A DNA stretch of 57,250 nucleotides from Octopus bimaculoides (taxonomy: Eukaryota), in assembly GCF_001194135.2 (NCBI RefSeq), contig NC_068984.1:1189241-1246490 (forward strand). Reading direction: 5' to 3'. Below are positions 12,520-24,273 of this stretch, piece by piece; the first letter of the stretch is position 1, and every line of letters begins with the position of its first letter. Made by a program: the position numbers and the translations under genes. A model generated the notes under the pieces. The model saw only the letters and a program-made list of their open reading frames with translations. It had not been told where the DNA came from and ran no database searches.

Positions 12520-12679
12520 AGCGCAGGCGTGGCTGTGTGGTTAGAAGCTTGCTGCCCAACAACATGGTTCTAGGTTCAGTCCTACTACGTGGCACCTTGA
12601 GCAAGTGTCTTCTACTATATCTTCGGGCCGACCAAAGCGCTGAGTGGATGTCGTAGGTGGAAACTGAAAGAAGCTCATC

Positions 12680-12727
<48 letters not shown>

Positions 12728-12940
12728 TTGTGTGTCTGCATTTGTCCCACCACTACCACCATCGCTTGACAACCCATGTTGGTGTGTTTACGTCCCTGCA
12801 ACTTAGCAGTTCGGCAAAAGAGAACGATAGAATAAGTACTAGGCTCACAAAGAATAAGTCCTGTGGTCGATTAGCTCGGCTAAAGGCGGTGCTCCAGCAT
12901 GTCAAATGCCTGAAACAAGTAAACAAATAAAAGAAAAGAA
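12520..12940 (+). mobile_element. SINE family A, full length, with internal (TA)n
   Basis: Head GCGCAGGCGTGGCTGTGTGGTTAGAAGCTTGC...GGTTCAGTCC (A/B-box-like), CORE-like CCTTGAGCAAGTGTCTT, (TA)n at about 12682-12725, tail ...TGAAACAAGTAAA. At least eight homologues in the window. Confidence 0.92.
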
Positions 12941-12961
12941 TTATCTGCTAGTATTTCCGAT

Positions 12962-13290
12962 CTAATTTTGATTTGTGTACCAGATATAATGCTTTGCAAT
13001 AACTTCTTGTAAATGTAAGCCTACGGGGGAGTTTTGTGCTTATATGTCCAATGTAACAGCAGGAGTCCTGAAGTTTACAACTTTCAGTTTGTCAAATTTA
13101 TAAATCACACTGGTCATTGTTTTCGGGTTTACCTAATTTTGATTTGTAGTGTCGGATATAGTGTTTTGCAACAGCTTCTTCTTGTTATTGTATATATAGT
13201 AAGCCTACGGGAGAGTTTCGTGCTAATATGTCCAATGTAACAGCAGGAGTCCTGAAGTTTACAACTTTCAGTTTTCCCTGTCAAATTTAT
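12962..13290. repeat. Imperfect direct tandem duplication, period about 170-185 bp
   Basis: GTAAGCCTACGGG...ATATGTCCAATGTAACAGCAGGAGTCCTGAAGTTTACAACTTTCAGTTT at 13015 and 13199; CTAATTTTGATTTGT at about 12962 and about 13133. Confidence 0.85.
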
Positions 13291-13968
13291 CTCATCGGCT
13301 ATTAAAATAGCTTCTTCTCATATTTACATGCTTGTGGTGTGTTATTAATGAGAAGTTTTCTCGTTTTTGTGTTTTTGCGGTATATTGAAGTTTAGGGTCG
13401 AATGGAATGCATTTTTGTTCCGTTTTTTTCTAAATACCAGTCCCCTTGATTGTCGACCTCGTTCTGCAAAAGTCATTTCTTTCGAAGTTACAATTCTCTT
13501 CTATTAAATATTGTCAAAAGTGTAAAATTGTTTTTAAAGGAGTAGAATTTCATTCGAGAACAGCTTTAGAGTAGCCAATCTTGTACGATGTTGGACTCTA
13601 GATGCAACGATAATTAAAAAAAAACATGAAAAGACGTTTCGATAATTCCTATATAATATAAATTTATAATTTTTGCTTTTCCACAACAGCCAGAAAAGAG
13701 ATGTAAATGTCATCTTGAAACAGTTAAATGCCTTTTTTAAAAAGTACTGAAACAAGCGTTTCTCAATATCTTTTATATATTTTAAAATATATTCAAACAT
13801 TCAATGATTTCAGAGGCAATGGGATGAAACTGCCAGCTGGAAGAGTTAACATACTAAGTTCATAGTAGTCGCATTTTAGAAACATTCAGTCAAAACATCT
13901 TTAGGTATTGAGTTCTAAAATTTGTCATTTGGTGAATCAACAATATATTGTGCGTGACTGAGTGTTTT

Positions 13969-13994
13969 TGTGTGTGTGTGTGTGTGTGTCCGCG

Positions 13995-14056
<62 letters not shown>
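13969..14056. repeat. (TG)n followed by (AGT)n microsatellite
   Basis: Directly visible; source of the poly-S and poly-L ORFs. Confidence 0.97.
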
Positions 14057-14057
<1 letters not shown>

Positions 14058-14427
14058 AAAAAAAGAGCGGGGCGATTAAATTAGATGAAAGCAAATCAAC
14101 AACGAAGCAGCAAACAATGTGTTTTGGCAAGACAATATTGCAGGTAAATAAACTCTTGAAATCAGTGGTCAACTGATCAATTAACGGGGCAGATTACTGG
14201 TATCAGATATCTTGAAAATCCAAGCTTGTACCAAAGGAGTAATTGATTCATGGGACGCGATGTAACCATAGTATTACGGATGAACTGAATGGGTGGTTTT
14301 GGTTACTACGTTTCCATAACAGTTTTATTTGGAGCACGGCTTCATTATATAACTTGACATCTAACAATATGTAATATCATATAAGTTCGTGTTTTCATAA
14401 AGTGCCACTTCTTCGGATAATATCTTT

Positions 14428-14758
14428 GAATGTTTGTGTTGATGAGCCACCAAAAATTGTGACCTATGACAATTCAATGAAAAGATTACATAAATATATA
14501 GAAAGCTGAATTCGAGGAATTTAGAAATGATAAGAGTGTATATTTACGCCAGCAACCATTCATAGCGATTAATTTCACATGTAAGACAGATTCATTGTAT
14601 GTATTCTTCGAGTGAGGAGTGATCAGAATATTAGTTCCTTAAATCAGAAATTAATTACAGTGAAAGAATTATTTCTTACCTTAGACGAGGGTCAATTACA
14701 CGATTTAGCAATCTTTATTAATGAAAATCACCTGTGGGTTTTCAAACTAACATGAAAC
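14428..14758 (+). mobile_element. Penelope-like element fragment (RT thumb region), inverted copy of 16533-16857
   Basis: Reverse complement of 16533-16857 aligns over about 325 bp. Degenerate translation YIYASNHS*RLISHVRQIHCMYSSSEE...SYLRRG resembles the PLE thumb (SNHP...RIxRICS..E...LxRGY). Confidence 0.65.
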
Positions 14759-15559
14759 CAGAAAAACTGGTATCAAAGAAAATATTAGTCTATCACTAGA
14801 ATATTAAACTGGGGGGTGGGGGACAGTGTTTCAGTGTTTTAATGGGTGTGGAGATTATTCTTGTTTGTATATATTAAACAGCAGTATGATGACACACGTG
14901 AAGATGCAGGCAGATGCTCGGAGAAAGATTAAGTTAGAAATTAGTTTTTTTTTCGTATTAATATTTTTTAAAGTATTTAAATTTGTCTAAATGGGAGACG
15001 GAAAATTCATCGACGATAGGATAAACTTGGAGAAAATAAACAGTTCTTAGTATTTGAAGAAAAATGAGGTGTAACGTTAAACAAATTCTTACAGATATTT
15101 AATTCGGACAAGAAATGCGATTATATTTTTTTATATAGATATTTCCTTGAAGATAATATCAGTTCGGGCGAGGCAAGTGAAGGTCTGGCTATAATACAAA
15201 CTGGATCAAAGGTCATTTTAAAAGATATTCACTCCAAGTAGTTTAATTAGATTTCAAAGTAAAATTAAACATTCAGAATCGAGAAAGTAATTCCTTAATG
15301 AGATTAGTAATACTATTATAAATCTATTAATTTTAACTTACCAACCTAGTTGTTGATTATTATAAATGCAGATGCAGATACATACATTCACAGTCACACA
15401 GTGATTACTAATGCTGGGTAGTTTAGTAACGATATAATCTACAAATTGTTATAACATTAAGTATAAACAGGCGATAAATTTTCACCTAAGTGCAACTGGG
15501 CCACAGGGTACGATCAGTGAACAGGTTTATTATATAGGAAAGTTCTATGGATGGAGTGC

Positions 15560-16857
15560 GGCCATCTTACTCTTAGGTCATTAAATTTGTCGATAAGGTT
15601 TATTTTTTCCACACTGCGAAATCTCGAAGATTTCCATTCAAAAAAGGGTACCACTAACGATGTAAGGTTTGACATATCTGATAATGTTCTGAGAGATTTT
15701 GTAATCAGTGAGCAGTTTCTTCAATTTCCATACTTTAGCTGTCAGTGAGGTTGAATAAACATTATCTTCCCACCTAAAGGAATGTAAATGGATGCATAAT
15801 CTAGATTTAAAGCTATTTTCAGAAGCACCTATGTTTATAAAGATCTGATTTTTAGTTGTAACAAAGCATTTATACATAACAGTTTTAGTTAAACATCTAT
15901 TACTTCGTGGACATTCATTTTATCTTCTACAGTTGCACAATTACTTAATTCTTGATAGTATATTAATATGGGCTAAATTATCAGTATTTTTAACACGTCT
16001 GTGGCTGTTATTATTAGCATAGCTTAAGTTAACAGTAATAAGTACCGTATTGATAGGAGGTGGGTTCGTAGTCAAATTTTCACAAATATGATTAACACTA
16101 GCATAAATTACATTATTGTTGTGGTTACTATTAACCTTACAGTTATTACTACTACTGTAATTATTAATGTAATCATTATGGTTATTATTATTGTTGTTGT
16201 TACTATAGCTACCAGCACGATTATTAGCATTATTATTTTCACCATTATCATTATTTTTACAATTACCATTGTTCTCAATATTGCTGTTATTATTATTACT
16301 CCTACGACGATGACTATCGCTATAACTGTTAGTGTTGTGGGTGCTTTTGCAAGGATGGAAATGATGCTCTTCCCTCTGGCAAATATAAGAAGCTTTAATA
16401 AACACTTTATAAAACTCTCTTATTTAACCACACCCAATTTAGCAAATAACATTGCTGCTATTAATCATCATAAGCTAAGTAAACTGTTTCTAGATAAGTA
16501 CAACGAGGATACACATATGAATAGAGCCACTAATCACGTTAGTTTGAAAATCCACAAGTGACCTTATTGATAAAGATTGCTCGATTTTATAACTGAGCCA
16601 CGTCTAAGGTAAGAAATAATTCTTTTTGATTAATTTCTGATTTAAGGAACTAATGTTCTGATCACTCCCCACTCGAAGAATTCATACAATGAATCTGTCT
16701 TACATGTGAAATTAATGGCTGTGAATGGTTGCTGGCTTCAATATACACTCCTACCATTTCTAAATTCCTCGAATTCAGCTTTCTATATATTTATGTAATC
16801 TTTTCACTGAATTGTCATAGGTCACAATTTTTGGTGGCTCATTAACACAAACATTTA
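15560..16857 (-). mobile_element. Penelope-like retroelement remnant: RT thumb, linker and GIY-YIG endonuclease
   Basis: LCNCRR*NECPRSNRCLTKTVMYKCFVTTKNQIFINIGASENSFKSRLCIHLHSFRWEDNVYSTSLTAKVWKLK...VKPY matches the PLE CxC..C..C linker plus GIY-YIG pattern (YIG.tenFK.R...H..SF....STsL..iWkLK). EHHFH and TVNLSY linker motifs lie upstream, interrupted by an AAT/ATT low-complexity expansion. Confidence 0.8.
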
Positions 16858-16949
16858 CAGCATTTCTTCAGACCGTAATGACCATTGGCCTGTGGCCTCT
16901 CTAGCAAGTGGCCCTCTCTAGAAAATGGAGGAGGAAAAGTCTTCATTAC

Positions 16950-18230
16950 TCAAGTAGACTATTGCACCACATATCCCAGTCCTCCATCATTTCCCTCAGA
17001 AGGTTCAGCAGTTTGAGATCAGCCTTCAATACTTCATCGTACATATCATTTAACATCCATTGTCCATGGGTTTGTGACCAGAGCTGGCAACCTGGGGGCT
17101 GCACAAGATTCCAGTCTGCTTTGGCATGGCTTCTATGACCGGATGCCCTTCCTAACACCAACCACTCTACAGAGTGCTTTTACATGGCACCACAGGGGTA
17201 CTTTTACATAGCACTGCACATGCACTTTTATGTTTTGCTACTCAGGTATGGCACTTTTACATAGAACCATCATGAGTGCTTTACACCACCTAAAGAATTG
17301 GCCTTAGCACTTCTACTGTGGAGTACAAGTCTTGAGTATGGCCAGGCACCAGGTAACTTGGTCCTTTGTCATCTGAAAGGTTCAGCATCCTGAGGTCATT
17401 CTTCAGTACTTCAAGTCATGTCTTTCAGGGTCTCCACTTCCATGTGTTCCATCCGCTTTAAGAGATCAGCACTTCTTTATGGAGCTGTCGACATCCATCC
17501 ACATCACATGACCAAACCAGCACAGTCTTCTCTCTTGCACACAGCAACCAATTCCTCTTATGCCTAACTTTTCTCTCAGAACACTGGCACTCTGTTGAAC
17601 TTGTACCCTTACATTGCACATCCAGTGGAGCATACTAGCCTCATTCCTTTCTAACCTTTGCATGTCTTCTGCATTCAGGGCCCACGTCTCACTACCATGT
17701 AGAATTGCTGTCCGTATGCATTCATCATACAATCTTCCTTTCAATCAGAGAAACCTTTCGTGGCCAAAAGAAGTAACAGCTCTCTGAATTTCCTCCATCT
17801 TATTATTATTCTAGCTATTACACTCTCCATACATCCCCCACCACCACTAATTCGGTCTCCTACATAGCAGAAGTTATCTACCATCTCTAATGAGTCACCA
17901 GGGCATCTGAGAGAATCATTTTCCTAAGTCTCTAAAGGCTTCATGGATCCTATGCATCTTCCACATATGGAAGCTATCATCTCTGATAACCTTTCAGTTA
18001 ACCCATTGCATCTCTGGATACAATGGAGTTCCTGCCAACACCTTTTCTACAAATTGAACAGGGTCACCTATCTGAGGTGGGTAAGATTCTGTCAGTTTTC
18101 TTGCTTACTAGGACCTTAGTCTTTGCTAAGTTAACCTTAAAGCCCTTCAATACCAGGATTTTCTTCCACACCTGGAATTTTTCATCTAACTCTGATATGG
18201 AATCTAAAGTTTTTCTTGTTTTATGATAGA
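16950..18230 (-). mobile_element. RTE-clade LINE remnant(s): RT C-terminus plus 3'UTR
   Basis: ORF 17744-17466 KGRLYDECIRTAILHGSETWALNAEDMQRLERNEASMLHWMC...RRLCWFGHVMWM has RTE motifs (LYGSETW, RLRWFGHV). The 3'UTR GGAAGGGCATCCGG is shared with other copies. Confidence 0.9.
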
Positions 18231-18520
18231 TTAACAAGCAATTAGTGTAAGTCAGTAAAAATAGCTGGGTATATATTGTTACATATTATTATATCTGTGA
18301 ATACATAAATATTAATGCATATATATTTAACATAGAAGAAGAAGACGAAGAAGAAGTGGTGACACCAATAAATATGATATATATCTTTATACAGTGGGAG
18401 AAACAGACAACATTTTTATAGAAATGAAAGTCTAAACAATAAAATGTTTGTTTGTTTTCGTTCATATTTGTCTATTGAATTAAAACTGAGAAAATATTTA
18501 ACATGTACTAACATCAAAGA

Positions 18521-18687
18521 TAGTTTATTTATCTGATTTTAGTTTATTTATCTGATTTCAAAGGAATTCAAATATTTCATTTAATGCCTTTTGTATTGTC
18601 TTCTATTATTTGCATCTGTGGCTGCTTTATTGTCTTTCGTCTTTTCTTTATTGTTGTTGTTTGTTGCTTGTTGCTTTGCAATTTATT
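18521..18687 (-). terminator. Cluster of five AATAAA polyadenylation signals in the SNX14 3'UTR
   Basis: TTTATT on the + strand at 18524, 18543, 18626, 18647 and 18682, 165-330 nt downstream of the stop codon; two lie in a 19-bp tandem duplication. The region is AT-rich, so some may be chance. Confidence 0.5.
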
Positions 18688-18851
18688 TCTTAAAACTGTG
18701 GGAATGTTCAACTGTATTGTTTGTTAGTAAGTCATATCTTATCCTCCGGGAATAGAACAACATCCAACACAGCAATAATACTGTATTGTTTACATTCAAC
18801 TGATGGCATCACAAACAAAGGAAAGTTCTAAAGTCTTATTTTCGAAATAGA

Positions 18852-18950
18852 TTAACCATTAGAATTGTTAAGTCGAACATCTGGGCTGTAATTTTCTTTC
18901 AGTTCAGGAAACAACTCCACAATGATGATGTCAAGCAAGACATAACTTAA
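18852..18950 (-). CDS. SNX14: Sorting nexin-14-like, last coding exon: LSYVLLDIIIVELFPELKENYSPDVRLNNSNG*
   Basis: Acceptor TTTCTTTTTCCTTTCAG (AG at 18952-18951), phase 0, 99 nt to TAA. Matches the recalled vertebrate SNX14 C-terminus LTYVLLDIVIQELFPEL (Nexin_C). Confidence 0.92.
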   Translation of the reverse strand, partial: LSYVLLDIIIVELFPELKENYSPDVRLNNSNG

Positions 18951-20281
18951 CTGAAAGGAAAAAGAAACGAAAAAGAAAGAAAAGATATACATCAGTTATC
19001 TTAAAAATGATGAAGAAGGTATAGTTTGTTTTTTTTTAAATATCTATTTGTAGATCTTAAATGCCACCACCACCACTACCACCACCACCATCGTCATTGT
19101 TATTAGTAATCTGATAAGCACTTTTCTGCACTGATACCAATTAGGTTTATAAATGAATTACTTTTATAGTTCAGCATTTTCGATTCTACTTCATTCATTT
19201 GCATCTGTATCAATCCAAGGTAGTTCTTTCCCCACATGCATCATACGTTTCACGTGTACCTGGATGATGCAAAGAAGTTATCATTCCACTTCTATATCAA
19301 TATCTTTGTTGACCATTTTTTTTAAAACCAATTAATTCTGTTAATATTTGTTTTCTCATAAAAAACCGAACATGTGCACCAACAACAATCACTGAATAAC
19401 ACATTTAAATAATTATTTCCAACAAATTCTCAAACACACTCTCTAGGCTTCTGATGTTAACTACACAATTCTACAGTTTCCCACATTCTCCCTCCTAAAC
19501 TTCCACAACATTTCCACTAACTGTACAATACAGTTTCCACATTCTCAGTTCATAATCTTTTATTAATTTTGCTTTAATAGCTGATTGACTTGTTAAAAAT
19601 AGCAGTCAACTCTCCTTGAAATTACATTTTACTGTCTTACAAAAAGGAAATACATTGAATAATGTAATCAAAGACATCTGAAGGGTCAGTCATGGCTGAA
19701 ATGCTTTAAACCTTTTGACCCTAAGTTTCTGGGAGAGGGATGACCTGGGGATAAAAACACCAATGACAACTAGGATCATAGCCTCCATTATATTCCTCAA
19801 ACTCCACCAATGAAATTCTCTCTTTTATGTATTTTGGGAAGAAAGCCCCAGGATGTTGGCACATATCGATTCCAACGGTCATCCAATTAGAAACTTTGCT
19901 TTGATTAGCTACAAAAAGGGGGACAAACTAAAGATAGAAGTTGAAGTGCTGGACCATGGCTATGTCACATCCTTAAACAAACACCTCAACACTCCCCCCT
20001 ACCCTGCTGCTGCTCTCTCATGGTGTCTTCAGAAGCCAGTCCTCTGTACTCAGTTTTCTCATTGTTCATTAAATTAAACAAAACATGGAGGCTGACCAAA
20101 TCACTTTTGGAGATAAAAAAAAAAATAGGCAACAGACATGGCTGGATGGTTAAGAAATTTGCTTTCTAATCACAGAGATTATGGGTTCAATCTCTCTGTG
20201 CAGCCTCTTGGCCAATTGCCTTCTACTATAATCCTGATTTGATAAATGAAAATTGCAGGAAGCTTGTTGCGCGTGTACACA

Positions 20282-20625
20282 TCATCATCATCATTATCAT
20301 CATCGTCATCATTTAATGTCCATTTTCCATGTTAGCATGGTTTAGATGGTTTGACCAGAGCTGGGAAAGCTGGTGAACTACACCAGGCTCCAGTCTGTTT
20401 TGGCTTGGTTTCTACGACTAGATACCCTTCCTACTGCCAACCGTTATACAGTGTAGACTGGGTGCCTTTTCACATTTCAGTGGCACGGGTGCCTCTTACA
20501 GATCACTAGCAGAGGTGCCTTTTACGTGTCACTGGCAGAGGTGCCTTTTACATGTCACCAGCACTGGCCATGGCTACAATTTCACTTGGCATGTCTTCTC
20601 AAGCACAGCAAATCACCAGAAGTCT
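20282..20625 (-). mobile_element. RTE LINE 3'UTR fragment with (GAT)n tail
   Basis: (CAT)n-TTTAATGTCCATTTTCCATGTTAGCATGG...CCCTTCCTACTGCCAACC...GTGCCTTTTACGTG, the same 3' end as 29658, 57011 and 34100. Confidence 0.85.
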
Positions 20626-21865
20626 TCATCACTTGTCATCGCCTCCTACACATATATAAGCATATATACATTTACACACTCAACACACATACACACACAC
20701 ATATATATAAGTATATACATATGTGTATATGTGTGGGAGTGTGTGTGTGCATGAATATTGATATTCTACACCTGACAATGATGATGATGATGATGACATT
20801 CCTTGATGACACTATGACCAATCACTCTGAGCTTTCGAATACTTGTGGAATACAAAATAAGAAAGAAAAGCCTGGCTGGTAAAACAAGTAAAGATTGGTG
20901 ACAGGAAGAGCACCCATATTTGTGAAACAAGTAAGGTTTGCCTTATGTAGTTCTATCAACTCCCCTAAGATATTACTGCTAGTTTGCTGGACTGTGCAGC
21001 AGTCCCACATCATAATGCAAGAAAGAAATGAACCTCAAGTGAAAATAAACAAAAACATGGACGGTTGGGAAGAATGAATTATCCTGACTCCCCTCACAGA
21101 AATTAAACATGTTTAGTAAGATAAATACATTGAGTTAATTAAGAATGAATTCATGGTTCAGTTTCAGACTGAATCAGTTACCCTGTTACCTAAGCTGGCT
21201 TCATTAATTTTAATCAATTCAACCAGAAATATTTTTATTCCTTGGAAATTCCAACAACTCTTCCGGTACATATCAATCAAGACCTGCATATGAGCATGTG
21301 CAATGTTCTGCAACCAGTATGCAAAACCTAAATTAAATTGCAAGCAAAAACTGAATACATTTGTTAAGAACAGGTCCAAGGTGTATAAACTCAGGGCAAC
21401 AGATACACACATTTAGTGCACTGCTAACTGTTTGTGACTATTCAAGATTAGAAATAATATGCAAATTTCAATAACCTTTGAGACGTACACCATAATTATG
21501 AGGATATTTTCGGATTTATATGCACTCAGAATGCAAAGCCTTTCTTTGTCACTGGGGAAATTTCGCACACAGAAATGGTTTGATGCACATAAAGCACAAC
21601 ATAAGGAAAGAGAGTTATGACTGAGTTAATTGAGTTATGTCAGTAATATTTCATACATCAATGAAATAAGATTCTCATTAAATAAGTCACTGCTTCATCC
21701 ACCACACAATTACCTCTCTCCTCTGCAACAATAAATGATGTGAGTGGTTATCATTGACAGGTGTTAATCTAATAAAAAGGTAACAATTTTTCAGCAAGGA
21801 ATCCTCTCTTGTCAACTGAAAAGGCCACACACACTGAATGAAGAGAGGATCACTTCCAACGCAAT

Positions 21866-21931
21866 ATAAGAGATGACCGGGGGTCAAGTGAAAACTGAAT
21901 AAGAGATGACCGGGGGTCAAGTGAAAACTGA
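21866..21931. repeat. Exact 33-bp tandem duplication (ATAAGAGATGACCGGGGGTCAAGTGAAAACTGA x2)
   Basis: Directly visible, about 70 nt into the last SNX14 intron from the donor at 21999. Confidence 0.97.
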
Positions 21932-21999
21932 ACTGTGTTTACGTGCTTACAGGCAACAAACTTGCAGCACACAACATTTAGCATTTAAAGAAATGTTAC

Positions 22000-22091
22000 C
22001 TGTTTGTTGAGTTTTGGTAGTTGCAACAAGTCAAGAATTAACTTGGTTCCTTCGTGATGGTTTTGCTCACCGATTGCAAACACAAGCAGAC
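22000..22091 (-). CDS. SNX14: SNX14-like penultimate exon: (S)LLVFAIGEQNHHEGTKLILDLLQLPKLNKQ
   Basis: Acceptor TTCTCCTTTCAG, donor CAG|GTAAC; 92 nt, only one open frame, phase 1 in and phase 0 out, fitting both neighbouring exons. Aligns to recalled SNX14 [31 protein letters not shown]. Confidence 0.92.
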
Positions 22092-22591
22092 CTGAAAGGA
22101 GAATCAAACATTTTAATCATTCACACAGAATCCATCAGAACATCAGTTTGGAAAAACAAAAACAAACAAAGCAAGATGGCAGAATCATTAAAATGCCAGG
22201 CAGAACACTTAGTGGCATCTGTTTTTATGTTCTGAGTTCAAATTCTCCCTTTGCCAGCTAATCTATCATCAAATTATATACATGGAGTAATTCAGGTGTA
22301 AATTGTCCTTAGTCTGACTTGTAGTACTCATGTGGTACTCATGTACCACAGGTCAGTGAAACAGTACCCGTCACAATACCATCCCATGTTGCCTTCCTTT
22401 CTTCAAACTTGACTTCAAGAAATTTCCAACTTTTAGAAAAGTTTTCAAAGATCTTGGAAATTCATATTTCATTAAACTCTTTCATTTGCGTGAAGAAGGT
22501 GTTTTAGGAATTAATGAATTAGGTTTCATTGAAAGGAGATTAATGGGTTGCATGAAATATTAGCTGTGAACATATAGATATATATACAAAT

Positions 22592-22632
<41 letters not shown>

Positions 22633-23442
22633 AACATAAACAGAGAGAGAGATTTTTGATTCTAGAAGACAGTGTCTATGAAGCATTATCTTTTATGTAA
22701 TTAATAAAAATGAATATATTGAGAAACCATGGTGTTTATTAAGTTTTCAATTGAAGCTGGCTGCTTAAAGGATTATCTACACACACACACACACACACAC
22801 GCGCGCACGCACAGATATATGCATGTGTAGCTGTAAAATGACGACAGAACTGTGTGTTTACACAGAAGCATGAAGAGTAGATGCATATTGGAATCTATTT
22901 AAACACACTGATAACGATTTTTATGGAGACCATGAAGATTTAACTAATGAAGATAAATGGAATTTAAAGAAGACTTTTAAAAACAGACTGTGAAATGATT
23001 TTTTGGCTTGTTTTTGTTTTGAATTCTATCTTTTCCCATTAGTTCGATTTTCAGTTTTACCTTGGTACTTTAGAAAATTTCCCAAGAGAAAGCTTGGTTT
23101 TTAGTGACAGGAATGAATTCTTTATTGAATTTCAGAAGCTATTGAATTTATTGAATGTGTAAGAATTTAATTCCTCTATCCCAAAGGCTTAAATCTTATT
23201 AAACAGCACTTCACTTACTTATACCTAATTAATCATCATCAGATTTGTGAATGAGCCAGTGGCCAGGTGAGGGAGACAACGAGAGGTGGACAATCATGCA
23301 GAAAGATACAATAAGAATAAAATATCAAAGTTGCTTCTTTAATAACTTTTGGAAAAAAAACTTTAACAGAAACTCTCCAAACCTTTACCCAATCAGCCAC
23401 CACCTCACCAAATATTCATGAAAATCTTCAGTAATTCCCTGG

Positions 23443-23769
23443 ATGACCTTCATTGATAAATCAAAGATGGCAGAAGAGGTAAGTATGGGAGATGAGGAAA
23501 ACGGAAGCGGAGTTGTGTTGTAGGCACAGTCTATCTAATATAAGGCTTAGCCATGCTAACCTTCCTGGCCATGTTGACAGCAATGGCCGTGCTCATTACA
23601 CAGGCTGGTCACACAAAGCTCGCTGACCAGGCCAGCTGGCTGGCTTTCTGTCCTTCTCTTACAGCAAAATAACAATAACAAGACACACGTCTGTTACTTT
23701 GATTGGAATTTATCCAATGTCAATTGTGTCATAGAACTAAGAGAAAAACAGGCAAAGAAGATGAAGTGA
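23443..23769 (+). other. Candidate spliced small ORF (46 aa; exons 23443-23478 and 23665-23769), antisense within the SNX14 intron
   Basis: GAG|GTAAGT donor at 23479, CTGAC branch-like motif, CTTTCTGTCCTTCTCTTACAG acceptor ending at 23664. In-frame join gives MTFIDKSKMAEE|QNNNNKTHVCYFDWNLSNVNCVIELREKQAKKMK*. No homology recognised. Confidence 0.3.
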
Positions 23770-24273
23770 GATGATTTTGGAAGAAACAGAGCAGGAAATC
23801 AGGGATTTGGCGGCAACAGCAACAAAACTCACACACAGAATATATTCAATATGAAGACGACGGAATTATTGAGTGATTATTGGATTAACAAAGCATTACA
23901 AACGATAACTAATTAGGTGTGACCCACCTGGGACAGTTTCGAAGAGTTTTAAAGAGTGGCCATGGATGGCTAGGGGTGGTGAGGGTGAGTACAGGATACA
24001 GGAAATATAAATGAATTTGATAAAAATACACTGAACAACAATTTATTTGACACAAGGACAGCAAAAAGCAGAAACATCACAATACAACCAAGGGTGCTGC
24101 TATGTTACTGCTGACCTGCTAGACATAACAGCCAAATCTCCATAAAATCACACCCTTCAATATAATTCTTTATATATATACATAAAACAATTGGGGTCAT
24201 GGCTGGAATGCCTTTGATCACAGGTCTGTTCAATGTGGTTGGACCTGGGGCTAAACAAAACTCAGTGAACATA

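Noticed and set aside
15941-16561. 154-157 aa N-rich and I/T-rich ORFs
   Set aside because: Low-complexity AAT/ATT expansion inside the Penelope remnant, not a host gene.
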